NCBI RefSeq assembly: GCF_028641065.1
Contig: NC_073396.1
Coordinates: 3,100,001-3,164,000, forward strand
DNA: 64,000 bases
Source of the DNA: Leucoraja erinacea
Taxonomy: Eukaryota
Direction of reading: 5' to 3'
The notes beneath the pieces are model-generated. The model was not told the DNA's origin and made no database searches. It saw only the letters and a program-made list of their open reading frames with translations. Both the position numbers and the translations under genes were made by a program. This document shows positions 50,100-63,520 of the stretch, in pieces. How positions within the stretch are numbered: the stretch's first letter is position 1; the number at the start of each line of letters is the position of its first letter.

Positions 50100-50869
50100 C
50101 TGCAATGTGAAGCAACAAGGGTCAGTCTCTCACCATAGTGTACTGTCTATGCCAGCCAGTTCCAAGGCAGCCACGATGAACAGCCAATTCATTACAACTC
50201 ATACAACACAACACTTGTCCACGCCGATCAAGTTGCTAGTCTCATTTACTCGTGTCTGGCCCATATTCATCTCAACCTTTCCTGTCTATGTACCTGGCCA
50301 AGTGGCTTTTAAATGTTGTTATTGTACTTGCCTCAATGACAGCTTGTTCCATATACGTACCACCCTCTGAATGAAACATTTGCTCCTCAGGTTAATATTA
50401 AATCTTCCCCTCTCACTTTAAACCTCTGTCCTCTGGTTCTTGATTCTTCTACCATGGGTAAAGGACTGTGTGCATTCACCCTATCTCTTCCCCTCATGAT
50501 TGTACACACCTCTATAAGATCACCCCTCATCCTCCTGCGCTCCAAGGAATAAAGTCCTAGCCCTGCCCATCCACTCCCTGTAGCTTAGGCCCAACAAGTC
50601 CTAGCTTGCTTAGCTTAGCCCTAGCTTACTCCAGCTTGCTTAGATGGGGCATGTTGGTCGGCATGGTCAAGTTGGGCCAAATGGCCTGTTTCCATGCTGT
50701 ATGACTCGATGATTAAGTTCTTGCTCTTTCTGAAAAACAGAATGTTGGCAATATGCAGTAGGCCCGACCCGAAATGTTGTCTGTCCATTCCCTCTGTGGA
50801 AGTTGCCTGACCCGCTGAGTTCCTTCAGCTCTTTGTGTTTCCCTCCCAGAACAAGCAGGAAAACACTAC

Positions 50870-51080
50870 CTTTTGTTAAAGCAACTGGCCCAAAGTAGTT
50901 GACATTCATCACGTCTTTATCGACGCTCACAGCAGTTTCCAGAATGTTGCCACGGTAACTGATGCCGGCGTTGTTGATGAGCACATCCACGTGGCCATAG
51001 CAGTTGAGAATCTCTTCCGCACTGATGCTCACTGTGTCCACATCCGTCAGATCAAAGGTGACCACCTGAGGCGTGTACGT
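50870..51080 (-). CDS. DHRS7B: DHRS7B exon with NNAG motif
   Basis: 211 nt. [39 protein letters not shown]. Confidence 0.95.
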
Positions 51081-52132
51081 CTGTGAACAAGCGATAATGG
51101 GAGAATTAAACTGTGCTAAAGGCCTTCATTTACAATCCACGTAACTAGATACTTTCCAATCACTATGAGGGTGGACAGGTCCTCTTATAAACCACCTACA
51201 GTTCCTGGTGGTGACTATCAATAGTGCCACTTGTGAATCGAGTTACTTAGCACTTGGCGTCTGTTCAGCACAGACATTGTGGGCTGAAGGGCCTGTTCCT
51301 GTGCTGTTCTGTTCTACGTTCGTACTTTAGATTCCTTCATGTGCTTTAGTTTTCCTTCAAAAACCTTTCTCTGGGTGAAGGGATCTTTTGACTGACAAAG
51401 GGCTCCGAACCAAAAAGTCACCTGTTCCTTTTCTCCAAGTGATGCTGCCTGACCCGTTGAGTTACTCCAGCATTTTTGGACTATCTTCGATATAAACCAG
51501 CATCTGCAGTTCCTTCCTACACATTTCTTAGATTCCTTAATGGGTTTACCAATAAACACATTATAGCTGATTGAATTGATTGAATGGTACAGCATTGAAC
51601 CACATCCTTCGGCCCACCGAGTCCACGCCGACCATCGATCACCCGTTCACACTAGTTCTATGTTATCCCACTTTCTCATCTAACTCTACTGAACGTTTTT
51701 CCTTCCATTATTTATTATGTAAAAGAATATGTGTGTTATGATTGTGGTTATAATTTGTTTGGTTGTTTTGTTGTTTGTCTTTTGCACAAAAGTCTGCGAG
51801 CATTGCCACTTTCATTTCACTGCACATCTCATATGTTTATGTGACAAATAAACTTGACTTGACTTGACTCCCTACACACTAGGGGCAATTTACAAAGGGC
51901 CAATTAATTTACAAACCCGCACATCTTTGGCATTTGGGGGGAAACCGGAGCACCCAGAGGAAACCCACGCGGTCAACAGGGGTAACATGTACCCGAGGTC
52001 AGGATTGAACCCAGGTCTCTGGCGCTGTGAGGCAGCAGCTCTACCCGCTGCGCCACTGTTACCGCCCTCACATTTCAGGCTCAGATTTTGGACTAAACGC
52101 GCACCGCTACTCGTGCCCGGCCCCTCTCCTAC

Positions 52133-52248
52133 CTTTCTCTTGCCCTTTACCGATCCCGCCAGCTCCCTCGTGAGTTCGTCCAGTTTCTGCTTGTCCCGGC
52201 CACATAAGACCAGCTTTGCACCGACTGCGTGGAAGACTCTCGCACAAT
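52133..52248 (-). CDS. DHRS7B: DHRS7B internal exon
   Basis: 116 nt. DCARVFHAVGAKLVLCGRDKQKLDELTRELAGSVKGKRK, donor gtagga. Confidence 0.93.
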
Positions 52249-52859
52249 CTGGTGGCAAAAAGCATAGATCAGCGGTTTCAGATGCAACTGCAACAATATC
52301 TGCCTTTAGACAGCAAAATATGCTCGAGGCACCTACCGCAAGTGAATCACCACCATTCAGTCCATTGGCACGAAAGAGCATGGGTACATTTGTCCCCCAC
52401 AGAGACTACAGAGCATCTTACACGAGAATAGTTGAAGATGAGGAAAGGTTTCCAGAAAGAACTCCAGACTATAAATCATTGACAGTCAATGATGGTAAAA
52501 TTAAAAGTGAAGATAGAGACATACAGCATGGAAACAGGCCCTTCGGACCAACTTGCCAAGCCAACCAAAATACCCAATGTAAACTCAGACTTCAGACTTG
52601 ACTCAGTCTGAAGAAGGATCTCGACCCAAAACATCACCCATTCTTTCTATCCAGAGATGCTGCCTGTCCCGCTGAGTTACACCAGCATTTTGTGTCTATC
52701 TTCGGTTTAAACCAACATCTGCAGTTCCTTCGAACACTGCCCGATCTAAACTAGTCCCACCTGCCCGTGTTTGGCCCATATCCCTCTAAACCTTTCCTAA
52801 TCATGTACTGGTCCATATAGTGGCAGAGATTTAACAGAGGTGTACAATAAAGGGTAAAA

Positions 52860-53700
52860 TGGCTGAAGCTTTTTCCATTTGTTTAAGAAAGAACGCGAGG
52901 ATAATCCAGATAATTATTGGGTGGTGAAGCTACTTTGGGGTAGGATTTAGCAAGAGAATGGGTCAATGAGGAACATTCAGCATGGCTTTGTACATGGCAG
53001 GTTGTGTCTTACTAACTGCGCATGCTGTAGGGGTGATGAATGTGATTGATGAGGGTAGGGTGGTGAATGTTGTCTGCGTGGATTTTAGTATGACATTTGA
53101 TAAAGTCCCTCATGGTTGACTGACCCACAAGATTAAGATGCACGGGATTAACAGTGACTTAGTCTTACAGATTCAGGAATGGCCGACTGATAGACGACAG
53201 AAGGTTGCAGTGGGAAGTTGTTATTCAGGCTAGAGATCTGGAACCAGTGGGATGCCACTGGGTTCTGTGCTGGGACCTCTGTTGTTTGTGATATATGTAC
53301 GACAACTTGGAGATGAGTTGTTTAGAAAGTGTGCAGACCACAGAGAAATGAGTGCAGTTGCGGACAGAGAGGACGGCTGTCTAAGGATAGAACGAGATGT
53401 AGATCAGCTTCGGAAATGGGTGGAGAAATGGCAGATGGAGTTTAATCTGAGCAAGTGTGAGGTGTTGCACTTTGGGAGGTCAAATACAAGGGGAAAGTAT
53501 ACCGCTAATGACATGACCCTTATTTAACAGCATTGTTGAAGAGAAGGATCTTGGGCTCCAGGCAATGCAGATAACTATAGTAAAGAAAGCATGTGGTACG
53601 CTGGCTTTCATTGGATGGGACATTCGGTATAACAGTCAAGAAATCGCAGGGTTACCCGATTGAAGTTTATAAAATAATGAGGCTTAGATAGGATAAACAG
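52860..53700 (+). mobile_element. Old degenerate CR1 RT fragment
   Basis: FDKVPH-like segment, GSVLGPLLFVIY and WVEKWQMEFNLSKCEVLHFGR, with stops and frameshifts. Confidence 0.8.
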
Positions 53701-54381
53701 AATTTCGTTCCCAGGGTTTATTTCCCAGAAAGGTTGCCCTGTACATCTCATTTAAACATTCACCCTCTGACATAAAACGATGGCCTCTAGTCAAAGTGGT
53801 ACAGTGTGGAAACAGGCCCTTCGGCACAACTTGCCCACACCACCAACATGCCCCTTCTACACTCATCCCACCTGCCTGCATTTGGCCCACATCCCTCTAA
53901 ACCTGTCCTATCCATGGACCTCTAGTATTTGAAATAACTCAGGAACAGCTTCTTCCGCTCTGTTATCAGGCTTCTGAACGGTCCTTAAGCTGGGATGACT
54001 CGCCTCTACCCCATTGCGGACATTGGACTTTGTCTCTGGAACTACAACGCTGAGAACTATATTCTGCACTCTGTATCTTCCCCTTGGCTCTATTTATTGT
54101 ACTTGAGTTTGACTTGATTATATTTATGTATGGCATGATCTAAATCTGAAGAAGGGTCCCAACCCGAAACATTAACTATCCATGTTCTCCATGGACGCTG
54201 CCTGATCCGCTGAGTTACTCCGGCACTTTGGAACTTGACTTTTTTTTGTAAAGCAGTAATCTGCAGATCCTTGTGTCTCTGTGTTATCTCTTTGGTTAGC
54301 ATGCAAAACAAACAGTTCACTGTACCTCGGTGCACGTGACAATAACAAACCTAAACCTAATCAGGCTGTAATGTTTCTTAC

Positions 54382-54557
54382 CTTTGCCCAGGCCAGAGCT
54401 GGCTCCTGTTATCACCACCACGGCATCCTGGACGTAGGATTTTTCCTTCATCCGCTGCAGCAGTCTGTACAAAAGGACAAGCCCGACACTGCCCAGCAGC
54501 AAGGGCAGCAGGTTGGACGACGTCACCTGCACCAGAGTCCCTTTGTACAGCATTCTC
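54382..54557 (-). CDS. DHRS7B: DHRS7B exon with signal anchor and TGxxxGxG Rossmann motif
   Basis: 176 nt, cccag|...|gtaaga. MLYKGTLVQVTSSNLLPLLLGSVGLVLLYRLLQ..AVVVITGASSGLGK. Confidence 0.95.
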
Positions 54558-57500
54558 CTGGGGGCCAGAGAGAAACACAAACATTAGCGAACAAAGCAGG
54601 TCGCTTCCAGTGCCTGCCAACCAACTGTAGCCCAGTTCAAGGGGAAGGTATTCGAGCAGTCATGAAACGCCGGTGTTTGAGATGGGTCTAATGGACTGAA
54701 ACAAACTGTCCTGCTGCTGGAAGAGCATGGTGTGATCTTTACTGTCGACCCCAAGGGCAACCAAGCCTCACCCAAACGCCAGCACCTGCAATCCTACTGT
54801 ACCCGACTCTGGGGCAGTGTACACATTTAGCTCAGCTAATTCCCCACCAGCGAACACGAGCTGAGCGTGGGTGCGTAAAGCCACCATTACATCACCAGGC
54901 AGCAGCTGCAGGTCCTATTTTCAGCATGGGTAACGTCTCATCCAAACTTGGCTTTAATTTCAGCCGCCAGGAGTTCACACAGATGGAGGGGGAGGAGCGG
55001 AGAGAGAAAGCATCACCGCACACTTACATGCTGCAGAAACAATGGAATAACACGGACCAGCATTCACAGCAGCTCGTTCCAGCCACCCAACATCCCGTAC
55101 AAAACAAAACTTGCCCCACATATCACCTATAAACTTCCTACACCCCTATCACCTTAAAGCTATGCCCTCTAGTATTTGACGTTTTCATCCTGAAAAAGAG
55201 GTTCTTATTGTCTACCCTATCTCTGCCTCTCATCATTTTATATAATTCTATCAGGGTCAAGGAAAGAGCGTTCACGTCGATCGCGGGCCAGTTTCCACCC
55301 AATCTTTCCACCACCATGCACAAGGAGCACAAGAAGCAACAAGACAGACAGACATCATTGCATGCAGATGCTGGGAAATGTCTTCAGCTCTGGCTGGACA
55401 GCTTCTAATCTTGTATGTGGACTCGATAAGATATAATTCTATCAGGTCGTCCCTCAACCTCTGGTGTTCCAGAGATAACAATCTAAATCTGCAACATCTC
55501 CCCCTGTAGTTATTACCCTCTACCCCAGGCATTGCCCTGGTTAACCTCCTCCGCACCCTATCACGGACTTCCACATCCTTCCCGCACTGGGGCAGCCAGA
55601 ACTGTACACGATGCTCACAATGTGGAGTCTTACGTGCAGTTCTGGTCACCCCCATGACAGCATCGTGTCTACTTGTCTGTGGAATTCTCTGCCTCAGAAG
55701 GCGGTGGAGGCAGGTTCACTGGATGCTTTCAAGAGAGAGCTAGATAGGGCTCTTAAAGATAGCGGAGTCAGGGGATATGGGGAGAAGGCAGGAACTGGGT
55801 ACTGATTGGGGATGATCAGCCATTGAATGGCGGTGCTGGCTCGAAGGGCCAAATGGCCTACTGCACCTATTGTCTATTGACGCTCAGATTATTTGGTACA
55901 GATTATGTTTGTATAAAATCATGAGAGGAATAGATCGGGTAGATGCACAGAATCTCTTGCCCAGAATAGGTGAATCAAGGGCCAGAGGACATAGGTTCAA
56001 GGTGAAGGGGAAAAAATTTAATAGGAATCTGAGGGGTGACTTTTTCACACAAAGGGTGATGGGTGTATGGAACGAGCTGCCAGAGGTAGTTGAGGCTGTT
56101 TAAGAAACAGTTGGACGGTACATGGATAGGATAGGTTTAGAGGGATATGGGGCAAATGCAGGCAGGTGGGACTAGTGTTGGCAAGTTGGGCTGAAGGACC
56201 TGTTTCCACACTGTATCACTCTATGACTGTATAATTGATCCATTCCACCTTCTCATCTCACCTTAAACATTGGCCTCTGTAATTTGCCTGCTTCCACGTT
56301 CTATCTCTCAACTAAACTAAAAATACGTTGCCATGGACTTGTCTGGATTAAATTCTATCTGCTGCTGCTTTGCCCGACTTTCCAACATATCTATGCCCTT
56401 CTGTCTCATTTCAAAACTTCTGCCCACTCACTCAACATAACTTGTTGCTGCTCTTCCTGTCAGCTTGGTGCTACATGAGGCAGCCTTTCAGTTTAGATTC
56501 AACAAATCCATGGTGAAATCACCCACACATCTGTAGCCTGTGGTCTGGGAACCTTTTACAGCCTTTTCCTTCTGCCTCTAGACTTCCTGTTCAGAGTCCA
56601 GGAGGAAGTGGCCACAGATACGGGGGAGGGAATGAAACAAACGCCCACTGGAGTACGTGGAGGGCCAGGATTGCAGGATTGCCAAACATGTAGAGGAAAG
56701 GTGAAGTGGAGCAGAGGAAGTCGGGCTCAATCCACAATCCTCCAGCAGCAATGAATAATTGTTTGGCTTTTGAACAAACCCAGAAATGCAAAACAGTGAT
56801 TTCATACAGTGCCAGAAGCACCTTGCTTTTCTCACTCCCTCTCTGACGTTATGTACGAGGTATTCAACTAAAGGTCACAGGAGAGTGTAGTTTAGACAAT
56901 AGGTGCAGGAGTAGGCCATTCGGCCCTTTGAGTCAGTACCGCCATTCAAAGTGATCATGGCTGATCATCCACAAACAGTACCCCGTTCCTGCCTTCTCCC
57001 CATATCCCCTAACTCCGCTATTTTTACGAGCCCTATCTAGCTCTCTCTTGAAAGCATCCAGAGAACCGGCCTCCACCTCCCTCTGAGGCAGAGAATTCCA
57101 CAAACTCACAACTCTCTGTGTGAAAAAGTGTTTCCTCTTCTCCGTTCTAAATGGCTTACCCCTTATTCTTAAACCTGTGGCCCCTGGTTCTGGACTCCCC
57201 CAACATCGGGAACATGTTTCCTGCCTCTAGCGTGTCCAAGCCCTTAACAATCTTATATGTTTCAATGAGATCCCCTCTCATCCTTCCACGTTTAGGAGAC
57301 ATGCCCTTCGGCCCACCGAGTCCACGCCGACCTCCGATCACCCGTTCTATATCCTACACACTAGGGGCGGTTTTACAAAGGCCAATTAACCTACAAATCC
57401 ACCGGTCTTTGGGACGTGAGAGGAAACCAGAGTACCCAGAGGAAACACGTGCAGTCACAGGGAGAACGTGCAAACTCCACACTGACAGTACCCAAGGTGA

Positions 57501-60500
57501 GAATCGAACCCCGGTCTCTGGCGCTGTGACGGCAGCAGCTCTACCAACTGTGCTACTGTGCTGCACAAGGAGCAGGTATCATACAGCAGGAAACAGGTCC
57601 TTCGGCCCAGCTTGTCCATGCCGTCAGGACACAGAGTGCTGGAGTAACTCAGCAGGTCAGGCAACATCTCTGCAGAGCATAGACAGGTGACTGTTTAGGA
57701 TCGAGAACTTTCTTCAGACAGATCAAGATGCCACATCTACACTATCCCTCTCAACCCTTCCTGTCCATGTAGCTGTCTCGCCAGATGCTGATAGGAACAG
57801 ACTATTTGGTGCAACTGGTCCATGCCAGTATTTATGCTCCATTAAAGCCTCCCTTTCTTCACCTCACATCATAAAGCACAAATGTTTATTCCTTAGGAAG
57901 ACACAAAAAGCTGGAGTAACTCAGCAGGTCAGACTGGATCTCTGGAGAAAAAGACTAGGTGACGTTTCGGGTCGAGACCCTTCTTCAGACTGAAGTTGGG
58001 CCAAATGCGGGCAAATGGGACTAGTATAGATGAGGCATGAAGAAAGGTCTGCCTGCCCCGCTGAGTTACTCCAGATGTTTTGTGTCTTTTTCAGTTTAAA
58101 GCAGCGTCTGCAGTTCCTTCCTACACAAACTCCTCACCCTGCTTACCTTGACATGCCTCAGTGCCACTCCCTCCACTACTCTGACACATTCTCATTGCTC
58201 TCCACATGAAGAGCTCCAGCTGACCTCACCGGCTGCATTCGAGACAAACAACATTGTTCCCTGGAGCCCTCTCTCAAACCTTCGCTTTCCCAGCAAGAGC
58301 AAGTTCCATTTGCTTGATTTCCCATTCCCCTCATGATTTTATACACCTCTATAAGATCACCCCTCAGCCGCCTGCGCTCCACGGAATAGCCTGGCCAATC
58401 TCTCAGGTGAAGGAGATACAGGTGGTTACATCCGACCATCTGCCAATCAACCCCCCCCCCCCACACACACGTACACACACACACGCCTGTAGCCACATAG
58501 GAACATAGAAATATAGAAACAAAGAAAATTGGTGCAGGAGGAGGCCATTCGAGCCAGCACCGCCATTCATTGTGATCATGGCTGATCGTCCCCTATCAAT
58601 AACCCGTGCCTGCCTTCTCCCCATATCCCTTGATTCCACTAGCCCCTAGAGCTCTATCTAACTCTCTCTTAAATCCATCCAGTGACTTGGCCTCCACTGC
58701 CTTCTGTGGCAGGGAATTCCATAAATTCACAACTCTCTGGGCGAAAATGTTTTTTCTCACCTCAGTCTTAAATGACCTCCCCTTTATTCTAAGACTGTGT
58801 GGCCCCTGGTTCTGGACTCGTCCAACATTGGGTACATTTTTCCTGCATCTAGCCTGTCCAGTCCTTTTATAATTTTATATGTTTCTATAAGATCATTTGA
58901 CAGGAGATTTACACAAAAAGCTGGAGTAACTCGGGTCAGACAGCATCTGTGGAATAAAGGAATAGGTGATGTTTCGGCTCGAGAGCCTTCGTCAGACCAT
59001 TTGACATGCTTTGTCATTCATTCCCCCCCCCCTCCCCCCTTCCAACTTTCTCACTCCCCCCCTTCAACAATCAGTATGAAGGGTCCCAACCGGAAATGTC
59101 AACTACCCACATTCTCCAGAGACGTTGGCTGACCCTCTGAATTACTCCAGAACTGTGTCATTTTTTGTTGCCAACCGGCATCTGCAGTTCCTTGAGTCAT
59201 CACTGTTCAATCCTCTCCAAGGACAGGAGGGTAAAGAAACAAACAAAACTGAACGTAGACAAAAATGCTGGAGAAACTCAGCGGGTGCAGCAACATCTAT
59301 GGAGCGAAGGAAATAGGCAAAGTTTCGTTCCCGAAACGTTGCCTATTTCCCTCGCTCCATAGATGCTGCTGCACCCGCTGAGTTTCTCCAGCATTTCTGT
59401 CTACCTTCGATTTTCCAGCATCTGCAGTTCCTTCTTAAACAAAACTGAACGTAAAACAGCCGCAAAAAACAAACACTCACACAGCGGTTGCAGATAATAA
59501 TCGGGAGGAAGAATGCTTTGGAGTTTCCCTTCCTTCAGTGCCAGCAATTGAACCTTGGACTGTTTAGTCTGAGAGGCTCGGTCGTATCCTGTCATTAACA
59601 GCTGGGCCAGCAGAGGGAGACCAAGCCTTCCCTCCCATGTGGTGGAATGTCCCGGGAAGATGACAATGCTGAGTAATCCCTCATCAACCTGGTGATGTAG
59701 AACAATGGAGGTTGTACAAAGATGACCTCAACACATAAGATTGTTAAGGGTTTGGACACGCTAGAGGCAGGAAACATGTTCCCGATGTTGGGGGAGTCCA
59801 GAACCAGGGGCCACACAGTTTAAGAATAAGGAGCAAGCCATTTAGAACAGAGACGAGGAAACACTTTTTCTCACAGAGTGGTGAGTCTGTGGAATTGTTT
59901 GCCTCAGAGGGCGGTGGAGGCCGGTTCTCTGGATACTTTCAAGAGAGAGCTAGATAGGGTTCTTAAAAATAGCAGAGTCAGGGGATATGGGGAGAAGGCA
60001 GGAACGGGGTACTGATTGGGGATGATCAGCCATGATCACATTGAATGGTGGTGCTGGCTCCAAGGGCCGAATGGCACCAATTGACTATTGGCTATTGACC
60101 CGGCATGGGTCAATAGCCAATAGGGAAGAACACAGGGGGACCTGGCGCGGATACTCTGCTACTTTGTCAGTGCCCTATATGGGCGACTATTTACATACCT
60201 TGGGTACTCAAGCAAAGAATTTCACTGTGACTTGGCTCATGTGACAATACAGTATTCATCCATTCACCATCCCTGTCCTGGGCCTCTGCCGTTGCCCAGA
60301 GTCAGGCCACGGGCAAACTAGAGGAACAGCACCTCACGTTCCACAGCTTACAACCCAATTGTATGAACATTGAGTGTAGGAAGGAACTGCTGATGCTGGT
60401 TTACACCAAAGATAGGCACAAAATGCTACTCAGTCTGAAGAAAGGTCTCGACCCAAAACGCCACCAATTCCTTGTCTAGAGATGCTGCCTGACCCAGTAT

Positions 60501-62454
60501 GAACATTGAATTCTTCAATTGTAGATAACCTACTAAAAAACATACCCCTCTTTCTCCCCCTCTTCTCCCTGTGTGCCTTCCACAATCAACAACCCCCTTC
60601 CCCCCCCACATATATCCCTTCCTCTGGCTTCACATTTCAATCCTTATCTCATGCCTTTTGTCCTTTCATCTCTGACCAGAAATGCCACCCATCCATGTTC
60701 TCCAGAGACGCTGTCTGACCCGCTGAGTTACTCCAACACTTTGTGTCTTTTTTTGTAAACCAGTATCTGCAGTTCCGTGGGGGAAAGAACTACAGATGCT
60801 GGTTTAAATCGAAGAGAGTCACAAAATGCTGGAGTAAGTCAGCGGGACAATCAGCATCTCTGGAGAGAAGGAATGGGTGACGTTTCTGGCCGGGAACCTC
60901 CTTCAGACTGATTGTAGTAGGGAGGTGAAAGCTGGCAGAGAAAGGAGTGGTGAGATAAAGCCAGGCAAGTGACAGGTGGATACAGGTGAGGGGGAAGAGT
61001 GATAGGCAGATGGGTGGACTGTGGCCAGAGATGAAAGACAAAAGGCACGAGTCTGAAGGAGAGTCTCGACCCGACACATCACCCATTCCTTCTCTCCAGG
61101 GATGCTGCTGTCCCTGAGTTACTGCAGCATTTGTGTCTATCTGCAGTTCCGTGTGTCTGCATAACCACTTATACCTCACGCTGCCTCGTCGAGGCCAGCA
61201 GCAGCAGCAGCAAGGACCAGGCGCACCCTGGCCACTCCCTCTTCTCCCCTCTCCCACCAGGCAAAAGGTACAGAAGTGTGAAAATGCCCACCTCCAGATT
61301 CAGGGACAGTTTCTTACCAGCTGTTATCAGGCAACTGAACCATCCTATCACAACCAGAGAGCAGTCCTGAACTACTACCTATCTCTTTGGTGACCCCAGG
61401 ACTATCATTGCTCGGGCTTTGCTGGCTTTACCTTGCACTAAACATAAATCCCTTATCATGTATCTACACACTGTAAATTGAATGGTAGCAATCATGTATT
61501 GTCTTTCTGCCGACTAGTTAGCGTGCAGCAAAAGATTTTCACTGTACCTCGGTACACGTGACAGTAAACTAACTAACTAATGTTCTAACTGTTCACCAGC
61601 TTAGGCCTTCAGAAGGTTTACAGCTGGAAGTCTCTAAAACCTAGCTGTTTACTTGCACAGGAGTATAGATAAATAACCCCACAAGGACTCTGTGTTTACG
61701 GCAGCCACGGTTATTTTTAATACTGGCATTTGGGACAGGGGGTGTTATTTATTGTTGATTTATGACTCCTCCAAGGGCATTAGAAGTCTATTAAACACAT
61801 AGTGTGGGAAGAAGCTGGTAGAGCTGCTGCCTCACAGCATCAGAGACCCAGGTTCGATCCTGACCTCGGGTGCTGTCTGTGTGGAGTTTGCAAGTTCTCA
61901 CTGTGATTATATGGGTTTCCTACTGGTGCTCGAGTTTCTTCCCACACCCCAGTGGCGCAGAGGTAGAGTTGCAGTCTTATTAATATCATGTGATAGGAGT
62001 AGAATTAGGCCATTTGGCCCATCAAATCTACTCCGCCATTCAATCATGGCTGATCAATCTCTCCCTCCTAACCCCATTTTCCTCCCTTCTTCCCATAACC
62101 TCTGACACCTCTTACAGTACCAGAGTTCTAGGTTTGATCCTGACTACGGGTGCTGTCGGTACGGAGTTTGCACGTTTTCCCCGTGACCGTGTGCGTTTTC
62201 TTCAAGATGGAATCAAGGGGGAATGATTTAATAGGAAGCTGAGAGACAATATTTCCACACTGAGGGTGGTGGGTGTATCAAACAATCTGGAGAGGAGGTA
62301 GGAAAGAACTGCAGATGCTGGTTTAAATCGTAGCCACAAAATGCTGGAGTAACTCAGCGGGACAGGCAGCATCCCTGGAGAGAAGGAATGTAGAGGTAGT
62401 TGAGGCAGGGACTGTAACAATAATCAAAGGACACGTAGACAAGTACATGGATAG

Positions 62455-63015
62455 GACATTCTTGCTATTGAGGGAGTGCAGCATAGGTTCACGATGTTAA
62501 TTCCTGGGATGGCGGGACTGTTGTATGTTGAAAGAATGGAGCGGCTGGGCTTGTATACACTGGAGTTTAGAAGGATGAGAGGGCATCTCAGATTCAGATT
62601 CAGATTCAATTTAATTGTCATTGTCAGTGGTGATGCATCTCATTGAAATATATAAGATTGTTAAGGGATTGGACACACTAGAGGCAGGAAATGTGTTCCC
62701 GATGTTGGGGGAGTCCAGAACCAGGGGACACAGTTTAAGAATAAGGGGGTAAGCCATTTAGAACGGAGACGAGGAAACACTTTTTCACACAGAGAGTGGT
62801 GAGTCTGTGGAATTCTCTGCCTCAGAGGGCGGTGGAGGCCGGTTCTCTGGATACTTTCAAGAGAGAGCTAGACAGGGCTCTTAAAGATAGCAGAGTCAGG
62901 GGATATGGAGAGAAGGCAGGAACGGGGTACTGATTGGGGATGATCAGCCATGATCACATTGAATGGCGGTGCTGGTTCGAAGGGCCGAGTGGCCTACTGC
63001 TGCACCTATTGTCTA
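62455..63015 (+). mobile_element. CR1 LINE 3' fragment with a short nested insertion
   Basis: DILAIEGVQ..LIPGMAGL..LWNSLPQRAVEAG coding tail and ctattgt 3' end. (cagatt)n stub at about 62589-62630. Confidence 0.8.
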
Positions 63016-63199
63016 TTGTGTATTGGCGGGTGGGACTAGTAGAGGGGGAGCATGTTGGTCAACATGGGCAAGTTGGGCCGAAGGGCCTGTTTCTCCGCTG
63101 TAAGACTCTACAATGAAATACCAACTTGCAGCAACAACAACATGTCTGTACACACAGTACTGACAAACACAGGGCAATAAATCATCAACAATAGAGGTG

Positions 63200-63475
63200 T
63201 AAAACCACAGGCCGGGGTCTCCCCCCCCCCCCCCCCGCGGCTGCAGGTCCCCCCCCCAAATGTGGACCCTCCATTGTGCCCCCACCCCACGGGGGGGGCC
63301 TGCCCCCCCCCCCCCCCCGCACCCGCACTCACCCGTTCCACATATCCGGTCCCGCGCTCGCATCCGGTCCCGCCCCCCCTGCGTTGACCGACAGCCCGCT
63401 CCGCCAATCAGCAGCGGGGGGACGCGCGGGTCCGGGCTGATCCCGCGGCCTCGCTCTTTGGTTCCGCCCCCGCTC
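63200..63475 (-). promoter_or_regulatory. CpG-rich promoter-like region (probable DHRS7B promoter)
   Basis: High CpG content, CCAAT box (gccaatca at about 63403), GC boxes (tccgcccc at about 63463, cccgcccc at about 63369) and a nearby strong splice donor. Confidence 0.55.
63333..63343 (-). CDS. DHRS7B: Candidate DHRS7B first coding exon (ATG TGG AAC GG)
   Basis: Donor GG|gtgagt in a CpG island. Phase 2 joins in frame to the 54557 acceptor (MWNGRMLYK...). No homology support for such a short peptide. Confidence 0.45.
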
Positions 63476-63520
63476 TTTGTGTGTCCTTCAATGTAGAATT
63501 GGGAATAATAATAATAATAA

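Noticed and set aside
51864-52601. 245-aa plus-strand ORF
   Set aside because: It is a chimera of SINE sequence, the antisense of a DHRS7B exon and intron sequence.
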